Shown here in pieces: positions 14,101-26,023 of a stretch of DNA of 64,000 bases. Origin of the DNA: Nemertoderma westbladi (Eukaryota; Animalia; Xenacoelomorpha); NCBI GenBank assembly GCA_032718475.1, contig JAUCBJ010000256.1:1785-65784 (forward strand), written 5' to 3'. Position 1 is the stretch's first letter. Each line of letters opens with the position of its first letter. A model generated the notes under the pieces. That model saw only the letters and a program-made list of their open reading frames with translations. It was not told where the DNA came from and searched no databases. Position numbers and translations under genes: made by a program.

Positions 14101-16016
14101 GGTGAACTGCATTTATGTGACAGTGTGCATTCGGGGGAAGTTTGTTGAACTGCATTTATGTGACAGTGTGCATTCGGGGGAAGTTTGTTGAACTGCATTT
14201 ATGTGACAGTGTGCATTCGGGGGAAGTTTGGTGAACTGCATTTATGTGACAGTGTGCATTCGGGAGAAGTTTGGTGAACTGCATTTATGTAACAGTGTGC
14301 ATTAGGGTGAAGTTTGTTGAACTGCATTTATGTGACAGTGTGCATTCGGGGGAAGTTTGTTGAACTGCATTTATGTGACAGTGTGCATTCGGGGGAAGTT
14401 TGTTGAACTGCATTTATGTGACAGTGTGCATTCGGGGGAAGTTTGGTGAACTGCATTTATGTGACAGTGTGCATTCGGGGGAAGTTTGTTGAACTGCATT
14501 TATGTGACAGTGTGCATTCGGGGGAAGTTTGTTGAACTGCATTTATGTGACAGTGTGCATTCGGGGGAAGTTTGGTGAACTGCATTTATGTGACAGTGTG
14601 CATTCGGGAGAAGTTTGGTGAACTGTATTTATGTGACAGTGTGCACTAGGGTGAAGTTTGTTGAACTGCATTTATGTGACAGTGTGCATTCGGGGGAAGT
14701 TTGTTGAACTGCATCTATGTGACAGTGTGCATTCGGGGGAAGTTTGGTGAACTGCATTTATGTGACAGTGTGCATTCGGGGGAAGTTTGTTGAACTGCAT
14801 TTATGTGACAGTGTGCATTCGGGGGAAGTTTGGTGAACTGCATTTATGTGACAGTGTGCATTCGGGGGAAGTTTGGTGATCTGCATTTATGTGACAGTGT
14901 GCATTCGGGGGAAGTTTGGTGAACTGCATTTATGTGACAGTGTGCATTCGGGAGAAGTTTGGTGAACTGCATTTATGTGACAGTGTGCATTAGGGGGAAG
15001 TTTGTTGAACTGCATTTATGTGACAGTGTGCATTCGGGAGAAGTTTGGTGAACTGCATTTATGTGACAGTGTGCATTAGGGGGAAGTTTGTTGAACTGCA
15101 TTTATGTGACAGTGTGCATTCGGGGAAAGTTTGTTGAACTGCATTTATGTGACAGTGTGCCTTCGGGGGAAGTTTGTTGAACTGCATTTATGTGACAGTG
15201 TGCATTCGGGAGAAGTTTGTTGAACTGCATTTATGTGACAGTGTGCATTCGGGGGAAGTTTGTTGAACTGCATTTATGTGACAGTGTGCATTAGGGGGAA
15301 GTTTGGTGAACTGCATTTATGTGACAGTGTGCATTAGGGGGAAGTTTGTTGAACTGCATTTATGTGACAGTGTGCATTAGGGGGAAGTTTGTTGAACTGC
15401 ATTTATGTGACAGTGTGCATTCGGGGAAAGTTTGTTGAACTGCATTTATGTGACAGTGTGCCTTCGGGGGAAGTTTGTTGAACTGCATTTATGTGACAGT
15501 GTGCATTCGGGAGAAGTTTGTTGAACTGCATTTATGTGACAGTGTGCATTCGGGGGAAGTTTGTTGAACTGCATTTATGTGACAGTGTGCATTAGGGGGA
15601 AGTTTGGTGAACTGCATTTATGTGACAGTGTGTATTCGGGGGAAGTTTGTTGAACTGCATTTATGTGACAGTGTGCATTCGGGGGAAGTTTGTTGAACTG
15701 CATTTATGTGACAGTGTGCATTCGGGGGAAGTTTGTTGAACTGCATTTATGTGACAGTGTGCATTAGGGGGAAGTTTGGTGAACTGCATTTATGTGACAG
15801 TGTGTATTCGGGGGAAGTTTGTTGAACTGCATTTATGTGACAGTATGCATTCGGGGGAAGTTTGTTGAACTGCATTTATGTGACAGTGTGCATTCGGGGG
15901 AAGTTTAGTGAAATACATTTATGTGACAGTGTGTATTCGGGGGAAGTTTGGTGAACTGCATTTATGTGACAGTGTGCATTCGAGGGAAGTTTGGTGAACG
16001 TGAACTGCATTTATGC
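5179..16016. repeat. 43-bp tandem satellite, about 250 copies
   Basis: Unit GACAGTGTGCATTCGGGGGAAGTTTGTTGAACTGCATTTATGT; successive units start at 5221 and 5264 (period 43). Variation is confined to a few positions. Confidence 0.98.
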
Positions 16017-17860
16017 AGTGAATCCAAACTTCCCCCTTTGAGATATCATATACCTAAGACATGCTAGGGTGACGGGGAAATATTTGTTACTGTCACACTT
16101 TGCTTCCATTTATCCTATCCTATATTATTACTCCATCGTCAGATAAGAGATAATAATCGGTGATTTAGAACTCTAAACTGTCTTTCATGCAAACAAAATT
16201 CTAACTAAAGATGTATGAATGACCATGACTATGACTATGGAAAAAAAATTTTTAAATATAATAAAATATCAAATATTTGGGGAGGATTCCAAGTTAAACC
16301 ACAAAACAATTATTTCGTTACATATACATTAATTAACGTTCTATGTTTTTCTTCCTCTCATAATAAAATATAATAATGAAATATATCTGATTGCAGTAAC
16401 ATTTCACAACCAAAATGTTTCAGTGTGAAAAGGGTACCACACTCCGCCCAAACAGCCGCAAACGCATAGCAACAAATTTAATATAAGGTTACATACATGT
16501 TGGGTTCATGACGAGTGAAAATTGATCGTGTGTAATAACGAACCTGTCTTTAGACTGGGTAGTTTTTGTCTAAAGCTGAGGCCGGCAAAAACACGATGGA
16601 TATATTTACCTATATATGTCACTATATCACTCACTATGTATGTTCACCAAATGGCTTGAAACCACTTGCATGCATTGTAAAATTGTAAACGCAAGTATTT
16701 ATCAATTGTTGTCTAGTTGTTGAATAAAAAAGTTGGAAACGATTCGAAGTGCGATATTCGAAATATTTGCATATTTTCAACATTATTGAACGCGAAATTA
16801 AATACCCACAACTCCCTTGCTTGAAATGTTTTTCAGGTGATTGATATTTAGCAATTATTATGAGGTTACTTACTACTGAAATCTGACAGAATGCCAAACG
16901 TATTATTATAGTTCTATCTCTATTCAGCCAGTTAGTGTAATGTCAAGCAGTACATCATTTATATATCGTATGTATCTATAGGGCCTAATTGTCATCGTTA
17001 TAATACTGTCATCAACTTAGGCTAAGCTCAATTGTAATGCAAAGGCTTAGTAGGTTTTGTATATCTGGGACGTTTACAACAGCTGTCGATTAAACTAACA
17101 AAACCATAAAACTGAACCAGGGTGGCTGCCAGCCGGGTACCAACGGCTGTTGGGTAGACTTAAGGGAACATTTCACAAACTTTCATAGGATGCTTGTACA
17201 TGTACATTATATTGGTTGCTCCGATGTTTTTATTAGGCTAACTGAGAATGTATCAGGTATAAATACTGTAATTATAGTGTTCTTTATTTTATTTATCTAA
17301 TACAGAAAAGACCCCTCCGCAGAATAAACTGCTCTTTTGGGCCGTTTCTCAGGTTGCGGATATGGATACCATTTCACACATCATCGTAGTAATTGTGATT
17401 ATGATTTGTTTGCCTAGGCGAATGTGTATTACATTAGATGGGAGGCAGTTTTTTGGTTGATGCAAGTCATTCTTGGTTTGCATCTTCCAATCCCATCTGT
17501 TTCTTGGAGTCCGTGTAAGACAGGTTCGTTTAAAGCCATCTTGATGGCGTTCTAGTATAAACTAAATTGTAAGTCCGGCTATCCTCCACATCCTTACCCT
17601 ATGCAATTGTTATTGTTAATCGAATATTGGAGCGGCTTTCTCTTGTTATATATTCCGATCTTATGGCTTCCGACACACACACACATAGACTTTTGGAAAA
17701 CGGCCATAGTATAATTATAACAGTTCTCTGATAGCTCGCAGTTCTGATTCGCCCCACAATGAGTTATACTTATTTTATCTTTCTTCATTAGTTCTGGTTT
17801 GGTTGACTACATACAACAGCTGCTCGCAGTTTGTAGAATAAGTAACCATCATCCGAAACT

Positions 17861-20665
17861 TCAGCAAGCAGAGCTGGATGGCACACTTAGTTCTATTTTG
17901 TCATCACACACATGACGTTTGTATCCAGTGACAATGATAATATCATCTGCGGCATGTTGTTGTGTTGAGAGTGAGTACGAACCATTTGTGCAAGAACACA
18001 TAATATCCATAGCATTCCATGAACGATATATAATATTGTTGAATCTTTGTGAAATTCTCAGAAAATCTTGAATCTTCTTACTTATGATACAATGAAAAAC
18101 AAAGATGAGAAAACCTTGGGCGCTGTTCAAAATAATAAATGTATAAGTAAATATTGACGATGTAATGCTGTCGTCTGCAACGAGAACATAGAATCCTGAA
18201 ATCCATGTTAAACCCAATAGTAGAAAGCCAGTAATCGAGGTAGTGACTAAACTGCGGACCGTTTTGGTTTTGTTTTTCTTCTTATAAATGTCTCGAATAG
18301 CCAAACTATAACTAACTATGTTGACGATAATAGCGATACCAATGGGAGCAATGAACGACCAATATATTGTCGGCCTCGTTATCCAGCATAGGTTTCCTCC
18401 AGCATCTATTCTGTAGTTGTCTGGAGAAATAGAGATTACTGATGAGCAAATTATTGCTGGAATTATCAAAACTGGAATGTGAGCTTTCCGCAAAAATCGA
18501 TGTGGTGTGGCACTGAGTGCTCGAATTACCCTCAACAGCAACTTATCTGTACAAACAATCTCACCTGGGACCAACACAATATTTAATAGAAGAAAGTAAG
18601 AATATACGCACATCCAACCCCAAACAACTAACAGCGAGTAATGAGTAAGAATTCCCATAGCTCTGCATAAATTCTCATCGTTATACTCATTGAAATATTT
18701 AACAATAATCCCATTAACCATAAATATTATGGTAAAGATTAGCAAATATATGCAAAAGAGCAAATACAGTTTTTGAGACATTTCTTTTAACCATTTCTTA
18801 TGAAAGGCGAATATAGCGATGTAGAGAATCAATCCTATGATTGATAATGTCGATCCAATGATGCTTAATATTTCTTGAGCGTTCGTAGTCTCTTTTCCAC
18901 CCATTAAAACGGCAAAATTTGTTAAATGATTACATTCACATACTGAATAATCATTGGTTGATTCGCTGGCTAAACGTGTGCATCCATATTGTGACCAGTC
19001 CTCTGCTGTATCATTCCAAAACACACACTTTGGGTCATTGCAATTTGTTTTACTGTGAGGCAAAGTAAATTGTACTGGATATTTTTTAAAAGTATCTGAA
19101 ATACGAAAGTTCTTAAATTTTATCGACAATACTGGGGAATTTATTATTTGTTTTATTGAATTAGGATCTTTTTTTGGGGCTTTGAAAAATATAGAATTGT
19201 AGTAGAGAAGTAAACCAATAAGAGAATCATTTCTTTTCATGTCCTCTTCAAGACCTTTCCATGAAAATTTTAATTCCATTTGCATTGCATCATTTGTTTC
19301 AAAGTTATTCATAAAACCAATAGAGTAATCTAAAGTGAATTCGTCATCAACAATATATTTGTTTACTTTGTTCGTAGATATTATAATATTATCTGTAATT
19401 ATAGGATTATTCGTGCCATTAATAATGTGTGTCACAGAAAGCTTTTCTAATGATTTAACTAGGCCAACACCTTGGAATAAGGTTTCATCAATTATGTTGT
19501 TATTTTCTTGGGCTACCAATATGCTTGCTATCTCAACAAAACGTTTAAATGACTTTTCATCTACCCTCCCATTATCTATTAGATAATCTATATAATTCAC
19601 AGCATCTTTAATACTTGTTTCATTAAATTCATTATTTACATTAATATCAAAAATGGATTTAATGGATTTGTCTGTATTGCATTTATCATCACCAGTGAAC
19701 ACTTCCTCCCAATTGGTCTTTTCATTACATTCTCTTGTAACCAAAATGGAAGTATTCGATAAACAAGGAATAATTTCAGTTTCTCTTGTAATATTCCCGT
19801 ATCCGCCCCTTATTTTTGATAAACAGTAGCAAGTATTATTTATATCAATAGAAACAAGGTCAAATTCGTTTAACCTTACAGTATATTGTCTTTTACAATT
19901 AGGATGTATAGAATTTAAACTGCCTGTTATTTCAGTGGAGTTGAAGAAAGGAGAAGGTTCTCGGATTCCTAGAAGCTCAAAAAAACTGAGATTTGGAAAT
20001 GCATTAATAATATCTTCAATAATATATTGGGTGATTACTGCGATATGACTGTCAACCTCCATATAAAGTTTGTTTAATTTATGTTCAGTTACTGTCGAAT
20101 TCGGAATATCTATGTACTCCAAATAATTTCCAGTTATATCTAGGATTTCCAAATTAGGAAAGCTTAATAAAAGATTTAAGTCAATAGAGGTAATTTTGTT
20201 ATCATTCAGTTGCATAATTTTCAATGACGGTAACATGGGACTGAGGTATGGTATATTGTATAGTTCAATAGATTGGACTTGTAGACTTTCTAGTAATCTA
20301 TTAGCTTCAAATGTGTCCGGGAGTATATTCATGAATTGATTTGAATTGGAGAAATTCAATTGATGTACAACCAATGATATAAGATTTGGGAATTCGTTGC
20401 AAACATGTTTTAAATCTTCTGGATCATTATTGATGTCGTAAAGCACGAGGTCCGTTGTAGTTGTTGTTAATACCGTTGTGTCATTGATTGAAATCAAAGC
20501 AATAAGTAATGGCCCGTCACTGTATGAACAAATTATAGTCGAGTTGCTTTGGCAGCATTCATTGCTCATCTGTATAGTGCTATAATTGCACTCTTGCCTA
20601 CCAGGTATTGAACATAGAGAACATAATATTAAACATAGGCAACTTAACCAGAAAATCATATTCAT
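17861..20665 (-). CDS. Intronless adhesion GPCR (signal peptide, LRRs, HRM-like Cys motif, GAIN/GPS, secretin-family 7TM), 934 aa
   Basis: Hydrophobic N-terminus; LRRs (LPSLKIMQLNDNKITSID, FPNLEILDITGNYLEYID); C..R.C....W......C HRM-like motif; GPS CVFWNDTAEDWSQYGC...VCECNHL|TNFAVLM; seven TM segments with LLGLTW and LNSAQGFLIFVFHC motifs. Confidence 0.95.
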   Translation of the reverse strand: MNMIFWLSCLCLILCSLCSIPGRQECNYSTIQMSNECCQSNSTIICSYSDGPLLIALISINDTTVLTTTTTDLVLYDINNDPEDLKHVCNEFPNLISLVVHQLNFSNSNQFMNILPDTFEANRLLESLQVQSIELYNIPYLSPMLPSLKIMQLNDNKITSIDLNLLLSFPNLEILDITGNYLEYIDIPNSTVTEHKLNKLYMEVDSHIAVITQYIIEDIINAFPNLSFFELLGIREPSPFFNSTEITGSLNSIHPNCKRQYTVRLNEFDLVSIDINNTCYCLSKIRGGYGNITRETEIIPCLSNTSILVTRECNEKTNWEEVFTGDDKCNTDKSIKSIFDINVNNEFNETSIKDAVNYIDYLIDNGRVDEKSFKRFVEIASILVAQENNNIIDETLFQGVGLVKSLEKLSVTHIINGTNNPIITDNIIISTNKVNKYIVDDEFTLDYSIGFMNNFETNDAMQMELKFSWKGLEEDMKRNDSLIGLLLYYNSIFFKAPKKDPNSIKQIINSPVLSIKFKNFRISDTFKKYPVQFTLPHSKTNCNDPKCVFWNDTAEDWSQYGCTRLASESTNDYSVCECNHLTNFAVLMGGKETTNAQEILSIIGSTLSIIGLILYIAIFAFHKKWLKEMSQKLYLLFCIYLLIFTIIFMVNGIIVKYFNEYNDENLCRAMGILTHYSLLVVWGWMCVYSYFLLLNIVLVPGEIVCTDKLLLRVIRALSATPHRFLRKAHIPVLIIPAIICSSVISISPDNYRIDAGGNLCWITRPTIYWSFIAPIGIAIIVNIVSYSLAIRDIYKKKNKTKTVRSLVTTSITGFLLLGLTWISGFYVLVADDSITSSIFTYTFIILNSAQGFLIFVFHCIISKKIQDFLRISQRFNNIIYRSWNAMDIMCSCTNGSYSLSTQQHAADDIIIVTGYKRHVCDDKIELSVPSSSAC

Positions 20666-21685
20666 ATTAATAATATTCTTGTCATTTACGTGAAATTCAG
20701 TTGGGTGCCTTTGAAACTTAATTACTAATTGAATGTATAATCAGGTAACTATAGTAACTATAGGATATCATATAATTATTGCTTATAACTACAATTATTT
20801 ACACTATATTAATAAATATACAGTATAATAAGGATAGATTTATTAGCATCAACCATGCCATGGTTATATATATTGTGTATTACAGTATATTATTATTATC
20901 CCAATCGTCCCATCGTCCCATCATCAACTAAATAAGTCATTGAGGGCTATAGCGCCTAGGGCACCATTGAAGGCAAAGGCTTGATACGCATCTGCATTAG
21001 AGATGATACACACCCCGTATCTATACTGGATGCTCCTCTACCAGTGTTAGGTAACCTAACCCAGGAGGCACACTTGGTTCAGGGTGTAACAAATGGACCC
21101 CAACAGTCGGCAACAGGGCTGTAGGCCATGGATAGGCGGAAGGTAATCAACTAACGGCTAGACATGCTGACAAGGTCGGCGGAAGGTAATCAACCAACGG
21201 AGAACTACTGCGAAGACGCTTGTAGGAGTTGCGACCACAAGCGGTTTACTCCCGCAACTGAAAGATATGAGTATGAGAACCCTCCAGGAGAAATGGTAAA
21301 TTTACATTACTCACTGCTATACAGTAGGCCTACTGGTCCGGTACTGTAGTGAACAAACTAGTAATCCATAGTTCATAATCACTAATTCATCTTGATACCT
21401 GTACTGACCTTGATATATCTGTATAGGATACACCTGATTTTGGATCCAGAGGATGGTTACACCTCAAACAAGCGATTCTTCCGGCGAAGAATCAGATTCT
21501 ATAGCATTAATATCGGATCGCGGTACCGGTACGGGTACGGCAGATACAACGGCCTCAGCGACGAACACATCCGATATCGAATTACTGCGCGCAGTGCCGA
21601 GAGGCAAGCAGAAAACTAAATCCCCAAAGAAACGACCTACAACCAAGGCGATTCAGAACGACACCAAAGCCGCAACTGGCACCGG

Positions 21686-22846
21686 ATGGGGGCCTATACA
21701 CTGGCACCGACGGATAAACGGAAATCATCCCGAGTTATCAAGAAACCAAATGAATCCCCAACAATCCGCAACAGTTCCCAGAGGCCTACTACTACCGGGA
21801 CCGGATGCATGCCGTTGGCTTCACCTAAAACTCACACTCCGACCTCGGAGTTTGAGCAGTCTGGAGCAACGGCCAACGATACAGGGAACGATTCGAGTAG
21901 TATTTGCCCTCACTGTAATAAGAAAGTTGGGTCAACAAACCCATTACGCTGTGATATTTGCGTTAAACTGATTCATTGTTCTTGTTTGAATATAACCGAG
22001 ATTGAAGCTACTCTGATATCAAAGTGCAAAAACTGCAAAATAATGTGCAACCTGTGCGACTCCGACGGGAAATCGTTCAGTCGTCACTCAACAAGTTTGG
22101 TGGAAGAGGTTAAACAGGTGGTCGTTTCACAGATGACAGGGTTTAGCGACAGTCTGGATACATTGCGAAAGGAGGTCCGCGAGCTAAAAACTGGTGGACG
22201 GGCCGACAATCCCGAGTTCGAGGAGGTCTCGGACTTGGACATGGACGAGGAGGATGCAGTCGAGTGGATTATCCCGAAGGATATATGGCGCTCGAAAACA
22301 AAAAGGAAGAAAGCCCCAGCACCATTCGCACAATTAGTGCAGGATTCGGTACGAGAGGCTTTAGAAATACAGACGAAACATGATCAAGTTAAGAGAGAAG
22401 TTATAGTCTCCCGATTGGAGGAATCTAAATCCCCGAAGGATGAAAGGAAGACTATCTCCGATATCTGCACCGTGGCAGGTGTAAGCCCAAATACAGTTAC
22501 AGACATAGTTTGCCTTGGTCGACCGGTGGATAAAAGGAACAGGTTGTTAAAAGTGACCTTCACTACAGAACAAGATGCCAGAGACTTTCGGGTAGGTTTC
22601 GATGATTCGAAAAGCTCGGAGACTCCATCCATATACGATAAACTTACGGTACGCCCGAGCCGGACAGAGGAAACCGAACGCCATATCCGTTCTCAACGGA
22701 AGATAGTGAGTCGAATGAACAAAGAGATAAAAGATAACGATGAGGACAATACTACTTCCAGCTACAGCATCCGCCCCGATGGTGCGATATGGAAGTTCGT
22801 AAAGCAGGACGATGGTTACTGGAGACGTGATCGCTCTTGGAAATAG
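21686..22846 (+). CDS. CR1 ORF1 protein with PHD finger and coiled coil
   Basis: CPHC...CDIC...HCSC...CNLC PHD pattern followed by an ORF1 C-terminal motif (IVCLGR...RLLKVTF). The true start may lie in overlapping ORF 21453 (possible frameshift). Confidence 0.85.
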   Translation: MGAYTLAPTDKRKSSRVIKKPNESPTIRNSSQRPTTTGTGCMPLASPKTHTPTSEFEQSGATANDTGNDSSSICPHCNKKVGSTNPLRCDICVKLIHCSCLNITEIEATLISKCKNCKIMCNLCDSDGKSFSRHSTSLVEEVKQVVVSQMTGFSDSLDTLRKEVRELKTGGRADNPEFEEVSDLDMDEEDAVEWIIPKDIWRSKTKRKKAPAPFAQLVQDSVREALEIQTKHDQVKREVIVSRLEESKSPKDERKTISDICTVAGVSPNTVTDIVCLGRPVDKRNRLLKVTFTTEQDARDFRVGFDDSKSSETPSIYDKLTVRPSRTEETERHIRSQRKIVSRMNKEIKDNDEDNTTSSYSIRPDGAIWKFVKQDDGYWRRDRSWK

Positions 22847-25799
22847 GAGTGGGAAAACGAGTAAGGGGAGAAACGCGCCAGATTTATCAGCGCAAACAGT
22901 CGAACGCAACCAAATCCGACTCACAGCGAAATGAACAACCCAAATCTGGTAATCGCTACCACAAGCGAAATAATCAATCTGCCCCTAAGGCGCTACTTAA
23001 CTGCTGCTTGATAAATGCGCGTTCAGTTTGTAACAAACTGAGCGATCTAGAATCGCTGCTATGTCCACCAAATTATGATATAGTAGGAGTGACAGAATCA
23101 TGGCTACGTGATTCTGTGACGGACCAAATGATAAACGGTGAAAATAAATATGATGTTTTTAGAAATGACAGAATTGGTAAAATTGGTGGCGGTGCAGCGC
23201 TGCTAATTCGAAACAGCATTAAATGTCGCAAAGTGGAAAGTTTCGATACTGAATGTCTGGCTACAGAGGCCGATGTAGTGGCTGTTGATCTTTTAGGTAA
23301 AAACCCGTCTCGTATAATCAGTGTCTATCGTCCCCGACCTAACTTACCTTCTGATTCTATATTGTGCAATTTGTTAGCGAAATTATGCGACATTGAAACG
23401 CCGTGTACTATTATTGGCGATTTTAATTTACCTTTAGTTAAATGGGAAGAATCTGAATTTCCCGACACAGATATATATAATGTGTTTTCAACGTTTGTTT
23501 TGGAAGCTGGTTTATCTCAGCTCCAGTTCAGCCCTACACGTGGCAATAACGTGTTAGATTTAGTGTTTACCACAGATCAATTCTATATTTCTAACATTGC
23601 AGTTACGGTACCATTCGCAACTAGCGACCATAGTACAGTTACTTTTAATCTTTTAGGACCTAATCCAGTTTCCACCGAGAACCGGGAATGCCACGGATTT
23701 TACGATTTTAAACATGCTGATTACGCAGATTTTACTAACTACATCGACAGTTGCGATTGGTCTAATTTATATCTAATGTGTAATACAGTAGATGATTTTT
23801 GGAATGCTTTTTCTTGTAAACTAAAAACGGGTATTGATCAGTTTGTGCCTTTTAAACAATTTAAATCAATCATCAAACCCCACCCCGAACATATTCGTGT
23901 TTTACAGTTCAAAAAGAAACAGCTGTGGCGTCGCCGGCACACAACCGGGGGCAAAATAGCATATGATCAATGTGCTAAAGAAGTTTCTAAGGAAATCTTC
24001 CGTGCGGCTTGCATAAAGGAGAATAAAATTTTATCTTCCGAAAATAAGAGTACCCTTTTCAATTACGTTAATTCCAAGCGTAAAGGAAAGTCGGGAATTG
24101 CCCCTCTGAAACATAAGGGGGATATAGTGGTAGATGATTTGATAAAAGCCCGTATTTTCGCTGAAGTATTAAGCGAAAATTTTAATTTAGATAATGATAA
24201 TATACCTAGTTTTAAACGTAGGATTGATTCTAGAACCAATTTATCAAAAGTTGATTTCTGTCCCGTTACAGTATATGCTATGCTTAGGAAACTTAAAAAA
24301 AAGACCAGCCGTACACCTGACGGATTACCGAACATTCTCTTCGCAAATTTGTCTCGCTGCATTGCGGCACCATTATCGGCACTTTTCAAAATTTCTTTTG
24401 AATATCACGCGTTACCGACGATATGGCTTACAGCCAATGTCATTCCGATATACAAAAAGGGAAATCCGTCAGACCCGTACAATTACAGGCCAGTCTCATT
24501 AACATGTGTAGCGTGCAAATTAATGGAATCGTGTATAAAGATTGAAATAGTAAATTATTTGTTTAAACATGGTTTAATATGTAAGGCACAACACGGCTTT
24601 TTAAAAAAACGCTCTACTTGTTCTCAACTTATTGAATGTGTAAAAGATTGGTGCAATTTTCTAGACCGTAAGAAATCCTTTGATGTGATATACATAGACT
24701 ATGCCAAGGCTTTTGATTCTATTATACATTCAAAGCTATTGATTAAATTGTCTAGTTATGGGATTTCGGGTGACCTATTATCTTGGCTATCGGCATTTCT
24801 CAGTAACAGAACCCAAAGAATATTTGTTGGAGATAAATATTCCGACTACTGTCGGGTCGTATCCGGAACAATACAGGGCAGTGTCCTCGGACCGGTTTTG
24901 TTCCTGATATACATAAACGACTTACCACCGCTTTTGGACAGGGATAACGTGTCCTCCCGTTTATTTGCCGATGATGTCAAGCTATATGGTCCGTCCAATG
25001 AAAGTCATAGTCTGAACGCTAGCCTCTCTAGGTTAGAGACCTGGGCCAACCTTTGGCAGCTAAATATAGCCCCGGATAAATGTATGGTTCTACATATAGG
25101 TGCAAATAATAATAATTACAATTATGTGCTAGGCAATAAAGTGATAAAGAAGGTGACTAAATGTAAAGATTTAGGTATTATTATATCTGCGGATTTGAAG
25201 TTTGATAAATACTGTAAACAACAGTGTACAAAGGCTTTTAACATAACTAATATGATATTTCGTTGCTTTAAGACTAGCAATAAAGGTGCAATATTAACAG
25301 CCTATAAATCATACGTTAGACCGATTTTAGAATACTGTACACCAGTATGGTCGCCTTTTTCATTAGGCAGTATTGATCTTGTGGAGAGTGTCCAGCGATA
25401 TTTTACACGTAGATTGTATAGCCATTGCAATATTAGTTACAAACCGTACATACATAGAATACAACACCTTAATTTACAACCGCTGGAAGTCCGACGATAT
25501 ATTTTTGATCTAAAGTTACTTTTCAGTATAGAGAGAAATTTAGTTGATTTAGATTTTGGTGCGCTTTTAGCTATACTAACCATCCGGGTCTGCGTGGCCA
25601 CTCTCACAAGTTAAATGTACCTAGATGTAGATTAATTATATCTAAAAACTCATTTACCAGTCGTGTTGTGCCAGTCTGGAATGATTTGCCAGAAGATACA
25701 GTAGATTCCAGAACACTTGTCAGTTTTGCGACCAAGCTCAAGAACCACGATTTCCTACCAATTTGCAAATTTAATCAACCACTAATCGGTCGCTCGTAA
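22837..25799 (+). CDS. CR1 ORF2: apurinic endonuclease + reverse transcriptase, one frameshift near the C-terminus
   Basis: INARS, VTESWL, GDFN, SDH (APE); NYRPVSLT, DYAKAFD, QGSVLGP, FADD (RT). After about 25570 the CR1 tail LRGHSHKL...FTSRVVPVWNDLP continues in another frame to TAA at 25797-25799. Confidence 0.93.
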
Positions 25800-26023
25800 T
25801 AAACGTTTCTGGGTTCTACGGTATGTACAGTTCATTTTATTCGTATTTCTTTTTAATTTTTTTTTTTAAGCTGATGTAAATTTTAATGTTTAGTGATTTT
25901 AAATTTTGTTTTTTATTAACCCCCGTAAGCGCTGATACGCCTGGGTGGTTTTTCTCCCTCCACTAATTATGTTTTATCTTACTTCACGTGCAACAAATAG
26001 TTATAATATGATGTAATAAAGGA

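Noticed and set aside
5179-16016. CRISPR-like array
   Set aside because: Units are contiguous head-to-tail with no unique spacers, there are no cas genes, and the context is eukaryotic.
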